NCBI GenBank assembly: GCA_009103225.1
Contig: RHPI01003642.1
Span: 94,451 to 158,450 of the forward strand
Direction: 5' to 3'
Length of the DNA stretch: 64,000 nt
Source of the DNA: Chlorokybus atmophyticus
Taxonomy: Eukaryota > Plantae > Mesostigma and Chlorokybus algae
The notes under the pieces were generated by a model. That model was not told where the DNA came from and did no database searches. It was given only the letters and a program-made list of their open reading frames with translations. Position numbers and translations under genes: made by a program. Shown here in pieces: positions 39,412 to 52,932 of this stretch (position 1 is its first letter; every line of letters begins with the position of its first letter).

Positions 39412-41086
39412 TCAGTCTGGCTGCAGCGACCTTGCAAAGCCGACATGTTGCAACAAGCCCGTGTTATCTTTGACGCCAATGGCCATGCAGTAGTGCTGCT
39501 GTATGATGTGCCATTCTTCAAACTCGTCAAACAGCTCCAGCCTTTCCACCCGCCGACGATCGTCCTGGTCGAGGTGGTGCGTGTAGATCTCGTCCATGTC
39601 CGCAGCGCTCGCCCTTTGCCAACCGGTGTGTAGGAAACGATCCCTCTGAGCCTGCAAATTGGGTGTGCCGTGAATGCCCAGCAACGGGCTGCCGCGCGCT
39701 TCCAAGTTTATTAGCATCTGCTCGCCAAACGGATCATCCGGAAGAATCTGCAGCATACGTTTTGTCGCACACAGCCAGATTGTTGTCAAGGTGCTCTGAT
39801 CTCATAAGACACCACAATACCATGCAGAGTACTCATTCCTTACCGGCTCGTACACAACATAAGCTGCGGTGTTGAACTTGCTGCCACCCCACCTCACCAG
39901 ATCAACCGAGTGCTGCGGTTTCATGTACACGAGCACGCATTCGGACAGGATCAGAGTGGGCAGCGAATAGTCCAGCCTTGCTTTGTGCAGAACCTTCTCC
40001 AAGTCGTTGATACTGCGCAGGTCGCAGGGTAGGAGGCAATACGCTTGCGAGCAATAGAAGCCCTCTTCTGGTTGCTGCTCATCATCTGATCCCAGCTTAG
40101 GGAACAGCTGTTTCAATGCGGGGTTGCTGCTAATGATACTCAGTTTCCTGCGCGTGACTTCAGGGAAGTCCACCTCGCAGTAGCGGTGGAAGCTCTGTCC
40201 CTCTGAAGCCAGCTGGAAAAAAGCAGTGTCAAAACCTGCTCCGAGAGAGAGCACTTGCTTCTTTGCTTCATCGCCTCCCGCAGACAAGAACTGGCGCACA
40301 ATCTGACGGATTGCAGCCCATCTTGCATAGTAGCCTGAGCAACACCGGGTTCAAAACTGCACACAGCTCCATGCTGTGACCCGGGAGTGACGTGTTGCTC
40401 AAGAACATGTTGAGCGTTACATGTAGGACAAAGCCAGTGCAACATGACTGACGATCGTACCCAAGACATCGGCTTGCCTCGGTTTATCAGCGGCGCACGT
40501 TTCAGCGGGCGCTTCACAAAGAACCGTACAAAGTCATCACGGAAGTAGCCCTTTTGCGCACAAGAACTGGGGAGGAACATAGTTGGTGATGAGCGCATGA
40601 GTACTGGGCAGCAACCCAAACCCATTGGCATGCAGTACAACTTTTCTTTCAGCTGGTTTGGATTGCAAACAGTTGTGCTCGACCAGCATGCAAGTGCTTG
40701 GTGATAGTGCAAGACCTCAACACGTGTGAGTCAACAGCCACATAACGAGCACTGCTCTTTGCTCGACTGTTGCCTGCCTCGAAGTCAATGGCACGACCAC
40801 ACTCTCCTGTGCTTTCGCATAAGCAATGTTGCATGCCACATGTGTCGGCACTACAACACAAAAGGTCTTTGGAACAGTGCTAGTGCCACAAACTCAACCC
40901 AAACACACAGACAATGCAAACGTCAACTAAAGGCGAGGCAAGCATGCATGGCTTGCTGTCAACGCACAGCTTGCTTATGCTGGCGTCGTCATTGGTGGCC
41001 TGCACAGCGCTGTCGCCTCGACCACCAGCTGGAGAGCTTTCGCCAACGACACCAGGGTACCTACCGCCGTCACCTTCCCCCGCCAT
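39412..41086 (-). CDS. LCMT1: Leucine carboxyl methyltransferase 1 (PP2A methyltransferase)
   Basis: VQATNDDASISKL, KGYFRDDFV, RAPLINRGYYARW, QVLSLGAGFDT, PTLILSECVLVYM, DPFGEQMLINL and RLELFDEFEEW. An alternative upstream ATG lies at 41140. Confidence 0.95.
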
Positions 41087-41157
41087 GCTCCCGCCCAGCT
41101 CCGCCAACGACCACAAGCATGCCTGCAAGAATGTCGCCATTCAGCTTGCTTGCGGGC

Positions 41158-42864
41158 ATGGCGCAAGCAGCGGCGGCGGCGGCGGTGGAGGCGGCGAGAG
41201 GGGTGAGCTTGTCTCTGTCAATGTCAGCTAGCGGAAAGACATGGAGAGCGCTGCCACTGCCGTCTACGGCGCGGACATCCATCATCCGACGTCAGTGGCG
41301 GCCTCCTGACCCACCGACAAGGCAGCACCTGTCCAAGGCGACAACCACAGCGACAAGCTTGCCCAGAAGGTGGAATTCTGATCGCAAAGGACAGCAAATT
41401 GCTGCTTGCAATGCGTCCGTGAAGCAGCAGAGCAACAGTAGTAGCAGCAGCAAGCATGTCAGTGAAGCCAGTGAGCATGTAGAGCAGCAGGAGCAGCAAC
41501 AGTCGCAGGATTGGGGTCCGGAGGAGGGTTTGGGTCTGCAGTGCGGGCGGGTGCTCCTAAAAGACTGGTGCACGTGGGGCATTGGCGGTCCCGCCCGTTT
41601 GTTTGTTGAAGTGCGCAGCCTCGCCCACCTCAAGGCTGTGCTGAGGTGGGTGCGACTGGCTTCCAGTTTCATTATGCTGTCTTTGATGCTTTGCTTCTTC
41701 AGTTCTCTTCGTTATTTTTTCTGACTTCAAGGCTGCACTGACTGTATATCATAAATGACGCAAGGTAAACGCGTGTCAAGGTGCCAAGCTGTAGCAGTTG
41801 CGTACCCAGTATACTACCATTTCCGCAACTGTGACTGACTCAGTAGCGCTAAGCATCATGACGCGCGTTGCGTGTTGTTGGTCACACTCACGCGCATTGG
41901 TTGCTTGCAGCTACTGTCACAAGAACGACATTCGTCCTTTTGTTCTCGGCAAGGGGTCGAATGTCCTGTTCGATGATAGGGGTTTCAATGGATGCGTCAT
42001 ACTCAACAAGATAGACTTCTTGGAGGAGCTAGGGGATGGACGCTTCCGGGTCGGAGCAGGGTATCCCTTTAACCAGCTTGGGCTCCTTACCAGTCGCCTA
42101 GGATGGACCGGGCTCGAGTTTGCCGCTGGCATTCCTGGCAGTGTCGGTGGTGCTGTGTACATGAACGCCGGCGCCAACGGGCAGGTCAGCATGAGTCAGT
42201 GACATGCTTGCTGTTACGGTCTCCTTAGCGGTGCGTATGTTTGATGTCATTTGCATTTGTTGCAGGAGACTTTCACTTGCTTAGAGTCGGTTGAGATAGT
42301 GTATTGCACAGGGGAGACTGCTAGATTGTGCGCGCGCAATGGACAGCTGGAGCACTCTTATAGGCAGTCACCCTTTCAACAGCACGATCCACAACACGGC
42401 ATGCCTTATGTATACGCAGCAACATTTCACTTAACACCCAGTGAAGAGGCACGGCAAAGGCAGCAACATTACCTGAACAAGTATGCAGCAGTTATACCTA
42501 CAATTATCTACCATGTGCTGTCAGACGTGCGAGATGTGTGATGTTGGTGTTGTTCTGTTCTGGCAGGCGGTATCATTCTCAACCAGTGTCTGATAAGAGC
42601 GCCGGCTGCGTGTTCCGCAACCCAGGCAAGCAGTCTGCTGGTGCGCTCATAGAGCAAGCAGGGTTGAAGGGATTTGCTGTGGGGGAGGCAGTCGTGTCCA
42701 AGAAACACGCCAACTTCCTGGTGAACAAGGGAGGCTCGACAGCCAAGGACATGCATGCGCTGATAGATGCTGTCAAGGCGCAGATACGGCAAGAGCATGG
42801 CATCGAATTGCATGAGGAAGTGCGATTCATTCCATACTCTTACGACGAGGGTACTGCTTGCTGA
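41158..42864 (+). CDS. murB: UDP-N-acetylenolpyruvoylglucosamine reductase (plastid peptidoglycan pathway) with long transit-like N-terminus
   Basis: [65 protein letters not shown] and LHEEVRFI. Confidence 0.95.
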
Positions 42865-43209
42865 AGAGCAGAGAACTAGCAAGTAATGTACTTGTGGCAT
42901 CAAGGCAACCGGAGTGGTTGCGATGTATAGGGTCGGATAGTGCTCATACTCGATGCAGGTGACAACATTGTCACTGTAAGAGCACTGTCAGAGCACCACC
43001 TTGGCACATTGTACAACTAATCTCTAAGCTGCAAGGCTCCTTGCAAGTCTAGTTACCTGCCAGTGCCCTCGCACCAACAATCCCCCTAATGAGCGCGCCA
43101 CTACTTGGGATGCAGTGCAGCACCTTGAAAGCATGTGACGCATGTCCTCAGGCTGGTGAGGTGACTGTGCTGCAGACGCCGATGCACACCACCGTCGATG
43201 CTGTGGGAG

Positions 43210-44084
43210 CTATTCTTTATCACTTGCACCTGACGCTGCAAATGGTAAATTCCCAGCAGGGATGGGGTTCTTTAGACGCACATATGCCTTCTTGTAGTCC
43301 TTGCGGTAGAAAAACTGGTTGCCGAACTTCTTCTTCTTGCCTTCATAGTTAGCTGTGTTGACCCGGTCAACCTGTATGCCATACACGCTCTCCAGATAGC
43401 GTCGTATCTCCAACTGCGATGCAAGACATGCGTACGAGCTCGTATTGGTGTGTAAGCCACTGTGCAACTTCTCCCAGCGCAGGAATAACAGGTTGAATGC
43501 CTATGGTGACAAACCACTTGCGCAACCTGGGGCCAGACTCATTCTACTTCTGCGCTAATACAAATGCGGCTACAGGGATCGTGTTCCATTGTTGCGCACA
43601 TTGCTGAGACCAGCTGAGCTGACACCAGCAACAGCATGCTGCATGCGAACTGACTGCATGGCTTGAAACTGCATGGCTGAACAAAGCAAGCGACACTTCG
43701 TGTTGTAACAACATCAGCAACCAATCAAGTAGCATGTCGCGTTGTAGGTTGCAAAGAATTCAGGGCAACTTAGTACAAATGGGTTGAAAAGCGAAGGCTA
43801 GGCACAATCGTTGGCTACAAGCACAGCCACACAGCAGCTCGGATGCAGACACTGGTGACCGCTTGCTGCATGTATTTGCATGTGAGTATGTGCATGCATA
43901 TGTGTACGTATCTATGTGTATGTGCTTCTAAATGCAACCCTGTGCATGCTCATTGCCTACATGCATTGCATACCTTGGTCACCCGCGGTAAGGTCCTAAA
44001 CACGACGTCCCGAATAGACTGCCCCTGCACCGTGGCAGACACCAGCGCCAGCGGCAGCCACCCAAGATGCGGCCGCCTCGCCAT
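43210..44084 (-). CDS. MRPL23: Mitochondrial large-subunit ribosomal protein uL23
   Basis: Two exons with an intron of about 555 nt: MARRPHLGWLPLALV...VFRTLPRVTK | LEIRRYLESVYGIQVDRVNTANYEGKKKK...KDYKKAYVRL. Confidence 0.88.
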
Positions 44085-44473
44085 CACCCGCCACCCTCAG
44101 GCTGGCAGCACAGCCGCGCGCAGCAAAACAGTCCCGCACCAGACAGCCCTTCCCTACCTGCTCCTGCTGCTCACCCACCTATCACCTCAGCAGCGAATTA
44201 ATTCAACCGCTCAGCCAAGGCTACACCCCACACCAGCGTCCTCTACGCACCACAAACCCAGCCTCTTGTCCACCAAGCCCACCTGCGCCGCCGCCTCCGC
44301 CGCTGACCACCAGCAGATCGCCAGCCAACCCTAATCTGTCGCTGCCTTGGCCAAGTTGTGCACTTGTGTGTAGTGGAGCGCAGAGGCGGTGGGCCAGCTG
44401 GTGGCGCATTCCAGAGATGGGGTAGGAGGAGGACGAGGAGGAGGAGGAAGCTGAGTCGTTGCTATCCAGCGCC

Positions 44474-47400
44474 ATGGCCGAGGCCATAGTTCAGGATGCT
44501 GGGCACAGCGATTCAGTGCAACCCGCTGCAATTGCAGGTTGGGGTGTGGTACTACCTTGCCTTGGTTTAGCAATAGGCAAGGTAATTCACAACAGCTGGC
44601 AACAGCAAAGTGCTAACTTTTTCTCTTCTTTTTGTATTGCCATACCTTTATGTAGTGGACAAGGCATGCATCAACTCTTTGCAAGGTAGTTAGACAGACA
44701 TTTCTTACGACTGTATGAGTCAAGAAGTGGCAACACCACGCTTGACTTACATCATTGACTACCAACCTCAGCAAATCCAGCTGTGAAAAGGCATGTTGTC
44801 GCGTTGTTGTATAGTAAAGGCAGCACGCGCAGATAATCTATGCCCGTGGCTGTGTTTGACGCCTTCCTGCACGCAGGGGAGAGAGAAGCATCCAATGTGC
44901 TCAAGTTTGCACCCTTGCAAAGCGCTGTGGACGTGCAGTTCTGGACGGAGCTTGCGGACACCAAGCTGAACAGCATAGGCTTGGATGAACAGCCTCAAGC
45001 CATAACAGGTGTGCCGCTGTGTGTTGTAAAACAACATTGCACAGCAAAGTTGTTCTCATCATGCACATTGCAACCAGGATTCTGGCGCCCGAACAGCCGG
45101 CCTGAGGTTGCCGCTCGGCTGGAGTTGCATACGCAGGCCATGAGCCAGCTGGCGAATGGCCCCACGGGTTCATTCCCAGCCTGCGGACGCTTACTGAACT
45201 TCAACACTCTTGAACGCTTTCGCGAAGCAGACCGCCAAAAGCTGCTGGTAGAGGCTGCATTGGCGGTAGGCACTCAACTGGGCTGCAGTGTTGTGCTTTG
45301 TTGTTGTTGCTGTCGCTGTCATATGGTCGTTCCTGCTTAGCCAAGCACTTTCTAACATGTTGTTCTCTTCTCGCAGTTGCAACACGATATCTTGTCCGGC
45401 GCAGCAGAGAAACAGCTGTCGCGCCTCAGCCCCTTCCTGCTCATAACCTTTGCTGATCTCAAGCGTTGGTCATTCACGTACCACTTTGCGTTTCCCGCCA
45501 TTTCGCTGCCACGGCCCGCAACTGCCTCAGCCGCGTTGCGGCTTTCAGACACGTACAGCAGCGAAGAGGTAAGGTCTTGGTAGGGAGGCTTGTTGTTGCA
45601 GTGTGCACCTTTGCTAAGACACGTCGCAAACTCGTGGGGTTTCATAGGTGGCTCGCATTGCAGATGTATGCACAGGCTGGCGCAGCTCGCGAGCTGAAGA
45701 GACAATCGTAAATGAGTTGGCAGCTCTGAGTGTTGAAGAGGATTCTGCGCGCTTGCAACAGCCCAGCCACAGCGACCCATGCTGGCTGTTACTGCTGCCG
45801 GCTGACGGGACAGCCACAGCAGTTCATCTCTGTGAGTGGCCACGTGTTACACAACGTGCAGCCGACAAGGTATGGTACTGTTGTAAGCACTGGTTGTACA
45901 GACACTGTAGTGTAAGCTTGCGTGTATGCTTGAGGTGTGCGCGTGTATGCATGTGTCCGTATTAGGCAGTGCAGTGGCAGGTACACGTCTGCTTGTAAAG
46001 TTCATACCTGGCTTGCAGGTGTTGCTAGTCGTGGCGGACCCTTTCAATGTGGTCACCTACCCAGGCTGGCCTCTCCGCAATGCACTTGCACTGTTGGCTC
46101 TCCGCTGGAGCGTGGAGCAAGTGCGAGTTTTGTGTTACCGGGAGACACGCGGCGCATTGGATGCGACGCGAACGTCAGTCCTAGATGTCACGCTGCCAAT
46201 TCTATCAAACCAGGTGCGCAAGGAGCCGCTGCAAGGCATTGGATGGGAGCGCAACGCGCAGGGCAAAGCGGTCGCCAAGATGTTGGATCTCGGCCCGCAG
46301 CTCGACCCGCTCCAGCTGGCGGACGCCGCCGTTGACCTGAACCTCAAACTCATGCGGTGGCGTCTGCTGCCCTCGCTCGACACCATCAAGATCAGATCAA
46401 CGAGGTGTCTGCTTCTTGGCGCAGGCACGCTTGGCTGCTCAGTTGCACGCGTGTTGCTGGTAATGTCACCCGCAACCTGTCACGCCCTCGTCATATTTTG
46501 AAGGCATGCGACTCATCTCGGCTCGTTTGGCGTGTGTCTGCTTGCAGGGGTGGGGCGTGCGGACGATCACCTTTGTGGACAACGGCAATGTGGCGTTCTC
46601 CAATCCCGTGCGACAACCGCTGTTTGAGTATGAGGACTGTCTAAATGGTGGGGCCTCCAAAGCGCATTGCGCTGCTGAACATCTGAAACGCATCTTTCCG
46701 GGCGTTGTAAGTTTACGAACACCTTACCATCTTAGTGGCTGTTAGCATTGACACTTGCACAAAGGTAAAGGGTAAACACTTGTTCGCAGACAGCTGAAGC
46801 AAGGCGCATGTCGATTCCCATGCCGGGACATCCGGTTTCACAAGAGCAGCAGGCTGGCATACTAGACGCAGTGACGCAGCTGAAGGAGTTGGTGTCCGCG
46901 CACGATGTTGTGTTTATGCTGACGGATACCCGCGAAAGCCGTTGGCTTCCAACCCTACTTTGTGCAGACCAATGCAAGGTATCATACTATCTGGCCTGAA
47001 CGTTGTAGGCATTGAATTGCCGCACGCATGACTGCACCCGTTGTGTGCAGTTGGCTATCAATGCTGCGCTTGGGTTTGATACCTTCCTCGTTATGCGCCA
47101 CGGGGCTGGCGTGATGGCTGCGGATGCGGTCGGCGCAACATCGCACGAGCGGCTAGGGTGCTACTTCTGCAACGATGTGGTGGCGCCTCTGAACTCCACC
47201 ACAGACCGCACACTCGACCAGCAGTGCACCGTCACCCGCCCCGGTCTCGCACCGTTGGCGTCTGCGCTCGCTGTGGAGCTGATGGTTGCCATCTTGCATC
47301 ATCCGCAAGGGTAAGTCAAGGAAGGGGAGGCAGTTGTCAAGTCAGCTGATATAAACATGGCAGCTGACGCGACAACTGTTTCACACGGCAGAGTTCATGC

Positions 47401-47918
47401 ACATATTACCAGCATGTGCATAAACTCTGCTGGTGACAATGTTGGTGTTGATTGAGCACTGTCGGGTCTCTCTTTGCATTTCTTCTGATTGGCCCCCGCA
47501 GTAGTGTGACTTGTTGTGCAGCATGTCAGCTCCAGCAGACGATGCCAAACAAGTTGGGGAGCCTGTTTCGCAGCCACTAGGTCTGTTGCCTCATCAGATA
47601 CGCGGCTTCCTCACGCACTGGAGCAACCTGATGGTCAAAGGGCCGGCCTTTGATAAATGCACAGCATGCTCATCAACAGTAAGCGATCGCGTTGAAGTTC
47701 AGTGGTCCGTATCAATGCTCATTGACAGATGTAAAGCCAAACGCCTGTTGGTGCAGGTGGTGAGTGAGTATCGGCAGCGCGGCGCAGATTTTGTATTGCA
47801 AGTACTCAAGCACCCTGAGTATCTGGAGGAGCTCACAGGTCTTGAAGCTCTGAAAAGTGGAGTGGATGAGTATCTAGCTGAATGGGATGCAGATGATGGC
47901 GATGAGGTTGAGCTGTAA
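44474..47918 (+). CDS. ATG7: Autophagy E1-like activating enzyme ATG7
   Basis: [71 protein letters not shown] and [13 protein letters not shown] (catalytic Cys). Confidence 0.97.
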
Positions 47919-48855
47919 TCTTCTTGGTGCGCAAGGCCCCTCCACAGGCAGAATATCTAGATTTCCCACTGTATCGGCTGTAACATAGATGTACAAATAA
48001 GTGTGAGCACATGCATTCACAGTTCTGCGTGATTATTGTAACTTCTGTGCAATGCCTGTGAGCTGTGAGGTCTTGTACTCGGTGATTATTACTTGTGTGG
48101 GCTTATACCAGACAGGCTATGCACTGGACTCCTGTGCTGCACTATCTGGCCATGCATATTGCACTGATGAATTGCTCTGAATGCACTGATCCTTAGTCGT
48201 AACTGATATCACTGGCATCAAAGGTGTTGAATAGCTGGGACTTGGGCAGCAGATTGGTGGAGGTTGCAGCTATCGGTGTCATTACAGGTGAGCCGTGTAC
48301 CGGCAGTATGGATCGCTGGATCGCTGTCTTGCAAATTGGTGCTACCCCCTATAGACCAACCAAAGTTTGCCATGCTGCGGTTAGTGGCGTAACTTGCTTG
48401 CGTGCCGACTTCCTTTCAGTGTTTTGTGTCACGGACAATGACACTCACGGTTGGCGGGTTCGTTGTTGCAGGCTTCTCTGATCGCGTAGTTTACTGTTCT
48501 CCGGACTTTTGCAGGCTATGAATGGCATCCGTGGTGCATGCACTGATGGCAACCAAGCAGGCATGGACTTGTCTGCACAGGCTGCTGCAATCAGGTATTG
48601 CTATATGATTTTGCCCCATCAGAGCCCTTACCCCCACCCATCCCACGCACGCACCCCGCGCGGGCCGACCTCATGCCCATGTGCGGGTCCTGTTTGCTAC
48701 CTGTAGGTCCATGTTGGCACTACTTCCCAGTGGGCTGTATTGATGACAACATGCATTGCTGCTGCTAGCGCCCAAATATGTGCACAGCACCAGATGTTGT
48801 GGACTGTTTTATGCTCGCTGTTTCTTGCACGTTGGACTGCACTGAAACACATGAA

Positions 48856-51800
48856 CTAAACCCCGACAGCGATCAAGTTCAGCGCCTTTTCCAGTGCCGG
48901 CTCCATGAACGGAAAATCTGTCCTCACCCTCTCCACTACTCCCGCAATTGCAAGTCGCTTGGCCTCCGCAGCCGCCAGCTCCACGTCAAGCATCTCCATT
49001 GGCAGCTTGGCAACCTGCAGGTGACGCAGTGGTCAGTCATAGCGGCTGTTGTAAGAAACCGTGTCCCAACAAGGAGTGACTGATCCTCTTATGAGATGAT
49101 GGGTGTGTGAGCCTGGCGGCGCTCAGTGTGCACACATGTTTAGATGGATGCTGTTGTTCGTCACTTGCCTGTTTGTTCAGTATCATGTCCTCGAAGCGCT
49201 TGCCCACTCGTTGCTGCTGAGTTGTCCGAAGCAGTGCGAGCATCTTGTCAGTCACTGCCTTGGCTACCTCTGCTTGGAGCTGTTGGGTCACACAACACCA
49301 GACTCAGCTATGCAGCAGTGTGAGCAGGAAAGGGGGTGTGATATAAGTACAATGCGTGCAAAAGTAACTTACCTCCTGCTCTTGCCGCATCAAGTCCTTG
49401 ATCTCCCTCTCTTGCTGGTCCAGCTCAGCTGTGCCTTCCTCCCGCTGGCGCTCGAGGTCTCGTGCAGCGGCCTCGCTCTCGGACGCCTCGCGCTCCACCT
49501 CACGCAGCTGCCGCCTCACGTCCGCCGCAGCCTTCTTCAGCGCAGCCGCCGTCGCTGCCGGGGACTTCTTTGCTGCCTGCAGTGTGGTGTGCCACGTGTC
49601 ACTGTGGACACATGATGTTCATGTGCGTGTACAGTTGTGTTTGCATCCTGTTCTTGCCTGCACGCGGCCGGCGACAGCTATGTGCTCACGCTTCCCGATA
49701 GCGCGCTCCATGTCGGAGATGAGCTTCTCTTGCCTGCGCAGGAGCTCCGCGTGCCTCAGCTTCATGCGATGGATCTCTTTCTGCTCACAAGAAGCAACAA
49801 GTTTGGGTTTACCACTTATCACATGGCAACGGATGCAAAGAGTAGATCAACGAATGCTAGAGATGCACACCTGCATGGCAGCCTGGATTTCGTTGCCGGC
49901 CTCAGGGTCGAGGGCCTCCTGTGTCTCCTTCTCAAGCTGTATCTTGCGTTCCCACAGCATGCACTGGCGCTCGGCCTCAATTGACTCAGCAGCGAGCTCG
50001 CGCTTCTCCTCCCTGGCATCGTCGATCTTGGCCTTGAGACGCGCGGCGTCGCCCTCCATGTCCTTGAGGCGGTTCACGATAGAGGTCTCGAGGTTGAAGT
50101 TGTCGTTGGCCAGCCCCGCCTGCAGCGCCCCGTTCTTCGCGATCATCTCATTGAGTCTCCCCAAATCCACCTGCATCCCCCTCACCGCCACGTCGAGACC
50201 CCGCACCTCCTTCGCGTTCGCCTCGTGCTGCGCGTCAAGCCGCACACGCTTCTGACCCAACACCGTGTGCTCAGACCTCAACCTCCTCACCCTGTCCGCT
50301 GTCGCTGCCTGATCACACACTCACGCGCGTGAGTGTTGTGTCTTTGCAACATGTAACACATCCAACATCACTCTGCATCAACTTGCCTGTTCAGCTGCGA
50401 GGGTCACGAGTTCGGTTTGAAGGCGGACCCATCGGCGTTGGAGCTCGCGGGACTCTGCGTCCTTGCGTGTGATGTCGCGGGAGATGTTGGCGGCGGTGGC
50501 CTCGAGGGGCCCCATGTTCTCCTCCGTCATGTTGGACGTCATCTTGTCGTAGAGGCGGTTGAGGCGGTCCACCTCTTTGGTCTTCTTCTCAATCTCATCG
50601 TGCCGCCTCCTCACCTCAGTCTCGTACTTGCCAATGGTCTTACCCTTCTCCTTCATCTCTGCCTCCAAACTCGACAGCGTGTCCTTCAGCTTGTCTATGT
50701 GCGCCTGTGTGTGTTGCGATTGTGACTGTATGTTTGGGGGATGTCATCCCACATTGACAAAAGTGGTTGTATCAACACGCGTGCGTACCTGGGTGTTGAG
50801 GATGTCCACGCGGGACTTGGCCACCTCGTTGGCAAGTTTGGCGGCGAGTATTTGCTGGTCGAGAGCCCGACGCCGTAGTAGCGCTGTTGATTGAGCCGTC
50901 TTCTGTGCGTCCTTCTCCATTGTAGTCTGCACGCACCCAACAACAGAACATTCTCAATCACTGTCGCGCACAAGATAACCTCAACATCGTCAACAGGAAG
51001 AATAACAACAGTGACGTGCCTGATCTGAGAGTTTGGCGTAGACAGCAGCCTGTCGGTCCTGCATCTCTCTGTTGCCCTTGACGATCTGCTTCTCAAGGGC
51101 GTCTCCATCGGCCGCAATGGCGCGGACCTCGGCACGTGCGCGGGCGGTAGCCTCCTCGGTGACCTCGAGGGACTTGTGGAGCTTGGCGTAGTGCTCTTGC
51201 AGGCGCTCCTGGCGTTCGCGCAGCGTGCCGATCTGCTTGGTGAGGTAGTCCGCCTCGCCCTCAGCCTTCTTCAGCGACGCCGCCAACGCCTCACCCCGCT
51301 CCTTTTCACGCCTCGATGCCTTACCCAAACCCTCACCCTCACCCCGCAGCGAAGACGCCTCCTCACCCTGCATCCTCACCGCATCCTCCGTCGCCTACAC
51401 CATCATCAGTGTTAGAACTATCGTTGTTGCTGTTGTCAAAGGCACACACTCACTTGCAGGGTTTCATCTCGTCGTGCCATGGTGAGTAGGGCTGTTTTCC
51501 ACTGTGAGACGAGGCGTCTCTTCTCGTGATTGACAGCCTCCATGTCGACGGAGGCGGCATCGAGGGTGGCGCGTGCGGCGCGTGTCTCCTCCTCCTGGGC
51601 CGCGAGGCGTGCAGCGTGTAGCGCCAGCTGCTGCTGCTGTGACTTAAGCTGCTCCTGCAGTGTGTTCACCAGGGCGTCCTGCCTCTCCTTGTCCTTCTCC
51701 AGCTTGGCCACGCTCTCCTCGGCGGCGTAGGTGGCTCGCCTCGTGACGGCGATCTCGTCCTGCACCTTGGCGTTGTACGCCTCCACCTGCTTGAGGGTGG

Positions 51801-52897
51801 CGCCGAGGCGGTCCAGCTCAACCTGCACGCCCGCCACCTGCTTCTGGCCCTCCCCAGCGGCGCGGCTGCGGTCGGCGGTGAGGCCACGCATCTCCTGGAG
51901 ATCCGCCTCGGCGGCAGCCCGGGCATCGCGCAAGGCCGTAGCGCCCTCGTGTGCGCGCTCAAGCTGGAGCTGAAGACGAGCAAGTTGCTGCTGAACGCCG
52001 TATAGCTCCACGCCGGCTGCCTCGCGCTCGCGAGCAGCGACCTTTGCCTCCGCACCGCGCTCGCGTAAAGCCTCCTCCACCCTGCATGTACGCGTGCGCA
52101 CGGTGTTGGGTGTGTGCTGTGTTGAATTAGATGATGGAACTGTCACTTGCGATAGCACGCACAAGTGCCAGTGGCTAAGGGCACTAGTCACTTGAATGCG
52201 TCACACGCAACTGTGATCACTCGACTGGAGTGCTGTTGGCTGCCTTTGGCATGTGTCACACGGAACTATGGTCACAAGATTAGGACTGGGCGCTTGTTTG
52301 CCAAGTGGTAGCTGCAAGTGCGCTTGAGACAACGTGTGAGCTTGCTATGGAGAAAGAGTACATACAAGCGCTACCGAATTGATGTTCATGTACACGCTGC
52401 AAAATGCACATGCGCTGCATTCCCACATGATGCCGCACCGTTGAGAGCGATGAGTGTGCCATCATGTTGTTTCGCGACTGCTACTGTGAATGACAAACAG
52501 CAGTGTAGCTTGTGTCTTGCAACTCTCAGCAAGCTTCCACTACTACGCACCTTGCTTGCGCTGCCTGCAGCTGAGCCGTGAGAGCAGCTTGGGCTCTCGC
52601 CAGCAGGGGATGGTCGGGATCCATCTCATCAAGCTCATCGTTGTTGACGGCGGCGGCGACCACATCATCATCTTCAGGCACAGGCAGGAGGAGCCCCGCT
52701 CCTTCTCTCCCTCCACCTTGCTCTTCCAAGCCGTCTCTGTGAGCGCCCGCCTCCTCCTCCTCCATCGCTCCTCGCTCCTCTTCCAAACCCCTCCCTTCTG
52801 CTTGCCGCCTCAGCGCCCGCCCCTTGTCCTCCGCCATCTCGGCGTCCGCGGCGGCGGCGGCGAGTTGCGCTGCGATGTCCGTGAGGGCGTTGGCCAC
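48856..52897 (-). CDS. CCDC40: Coiled-coil domain-containing protein 40 (axonemal 96-nm ruler, FAP172)
   Basis: Acidic N-terminus, MDPDHPLLARAQAAL, GVELYGVQQQLARLQ, DEIAVTRRATY, LWERKIQLEKETQEALDP and KLISDMERAIGKRE; coiled-coil throughout. Confidence 0.92.
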
Positions 52898-52932
52898 CTC
52901 TTTGGGTCACGTGCAGCCCTGCGCCCCTCCAG

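Noticed and set aside
43505-43530. Apparent 9-12 nt microexon in MRPL23
   Set aside because: Exon 1 already reads ...PRVTK|gtatgc and joins LEIRR in frame, so no microexon is needed.
47990-48210. C/D-box-like words (GTGATTA, CTGA) downstream of ATG7, and similar words in the long first introns of TRM7, GMPS and MRPL23
   Set aside because: No terminal stem or rRNA-complementary guide could be identified; the short motifs are expected by chance.
49398-50255. 285-aa plus-strand ORF and similar antisense ORFs over CCDC40, RIC1 and the NIDO gene
   Set aside because: Shadow frames of GC-rich coding exons on the opposite strand.
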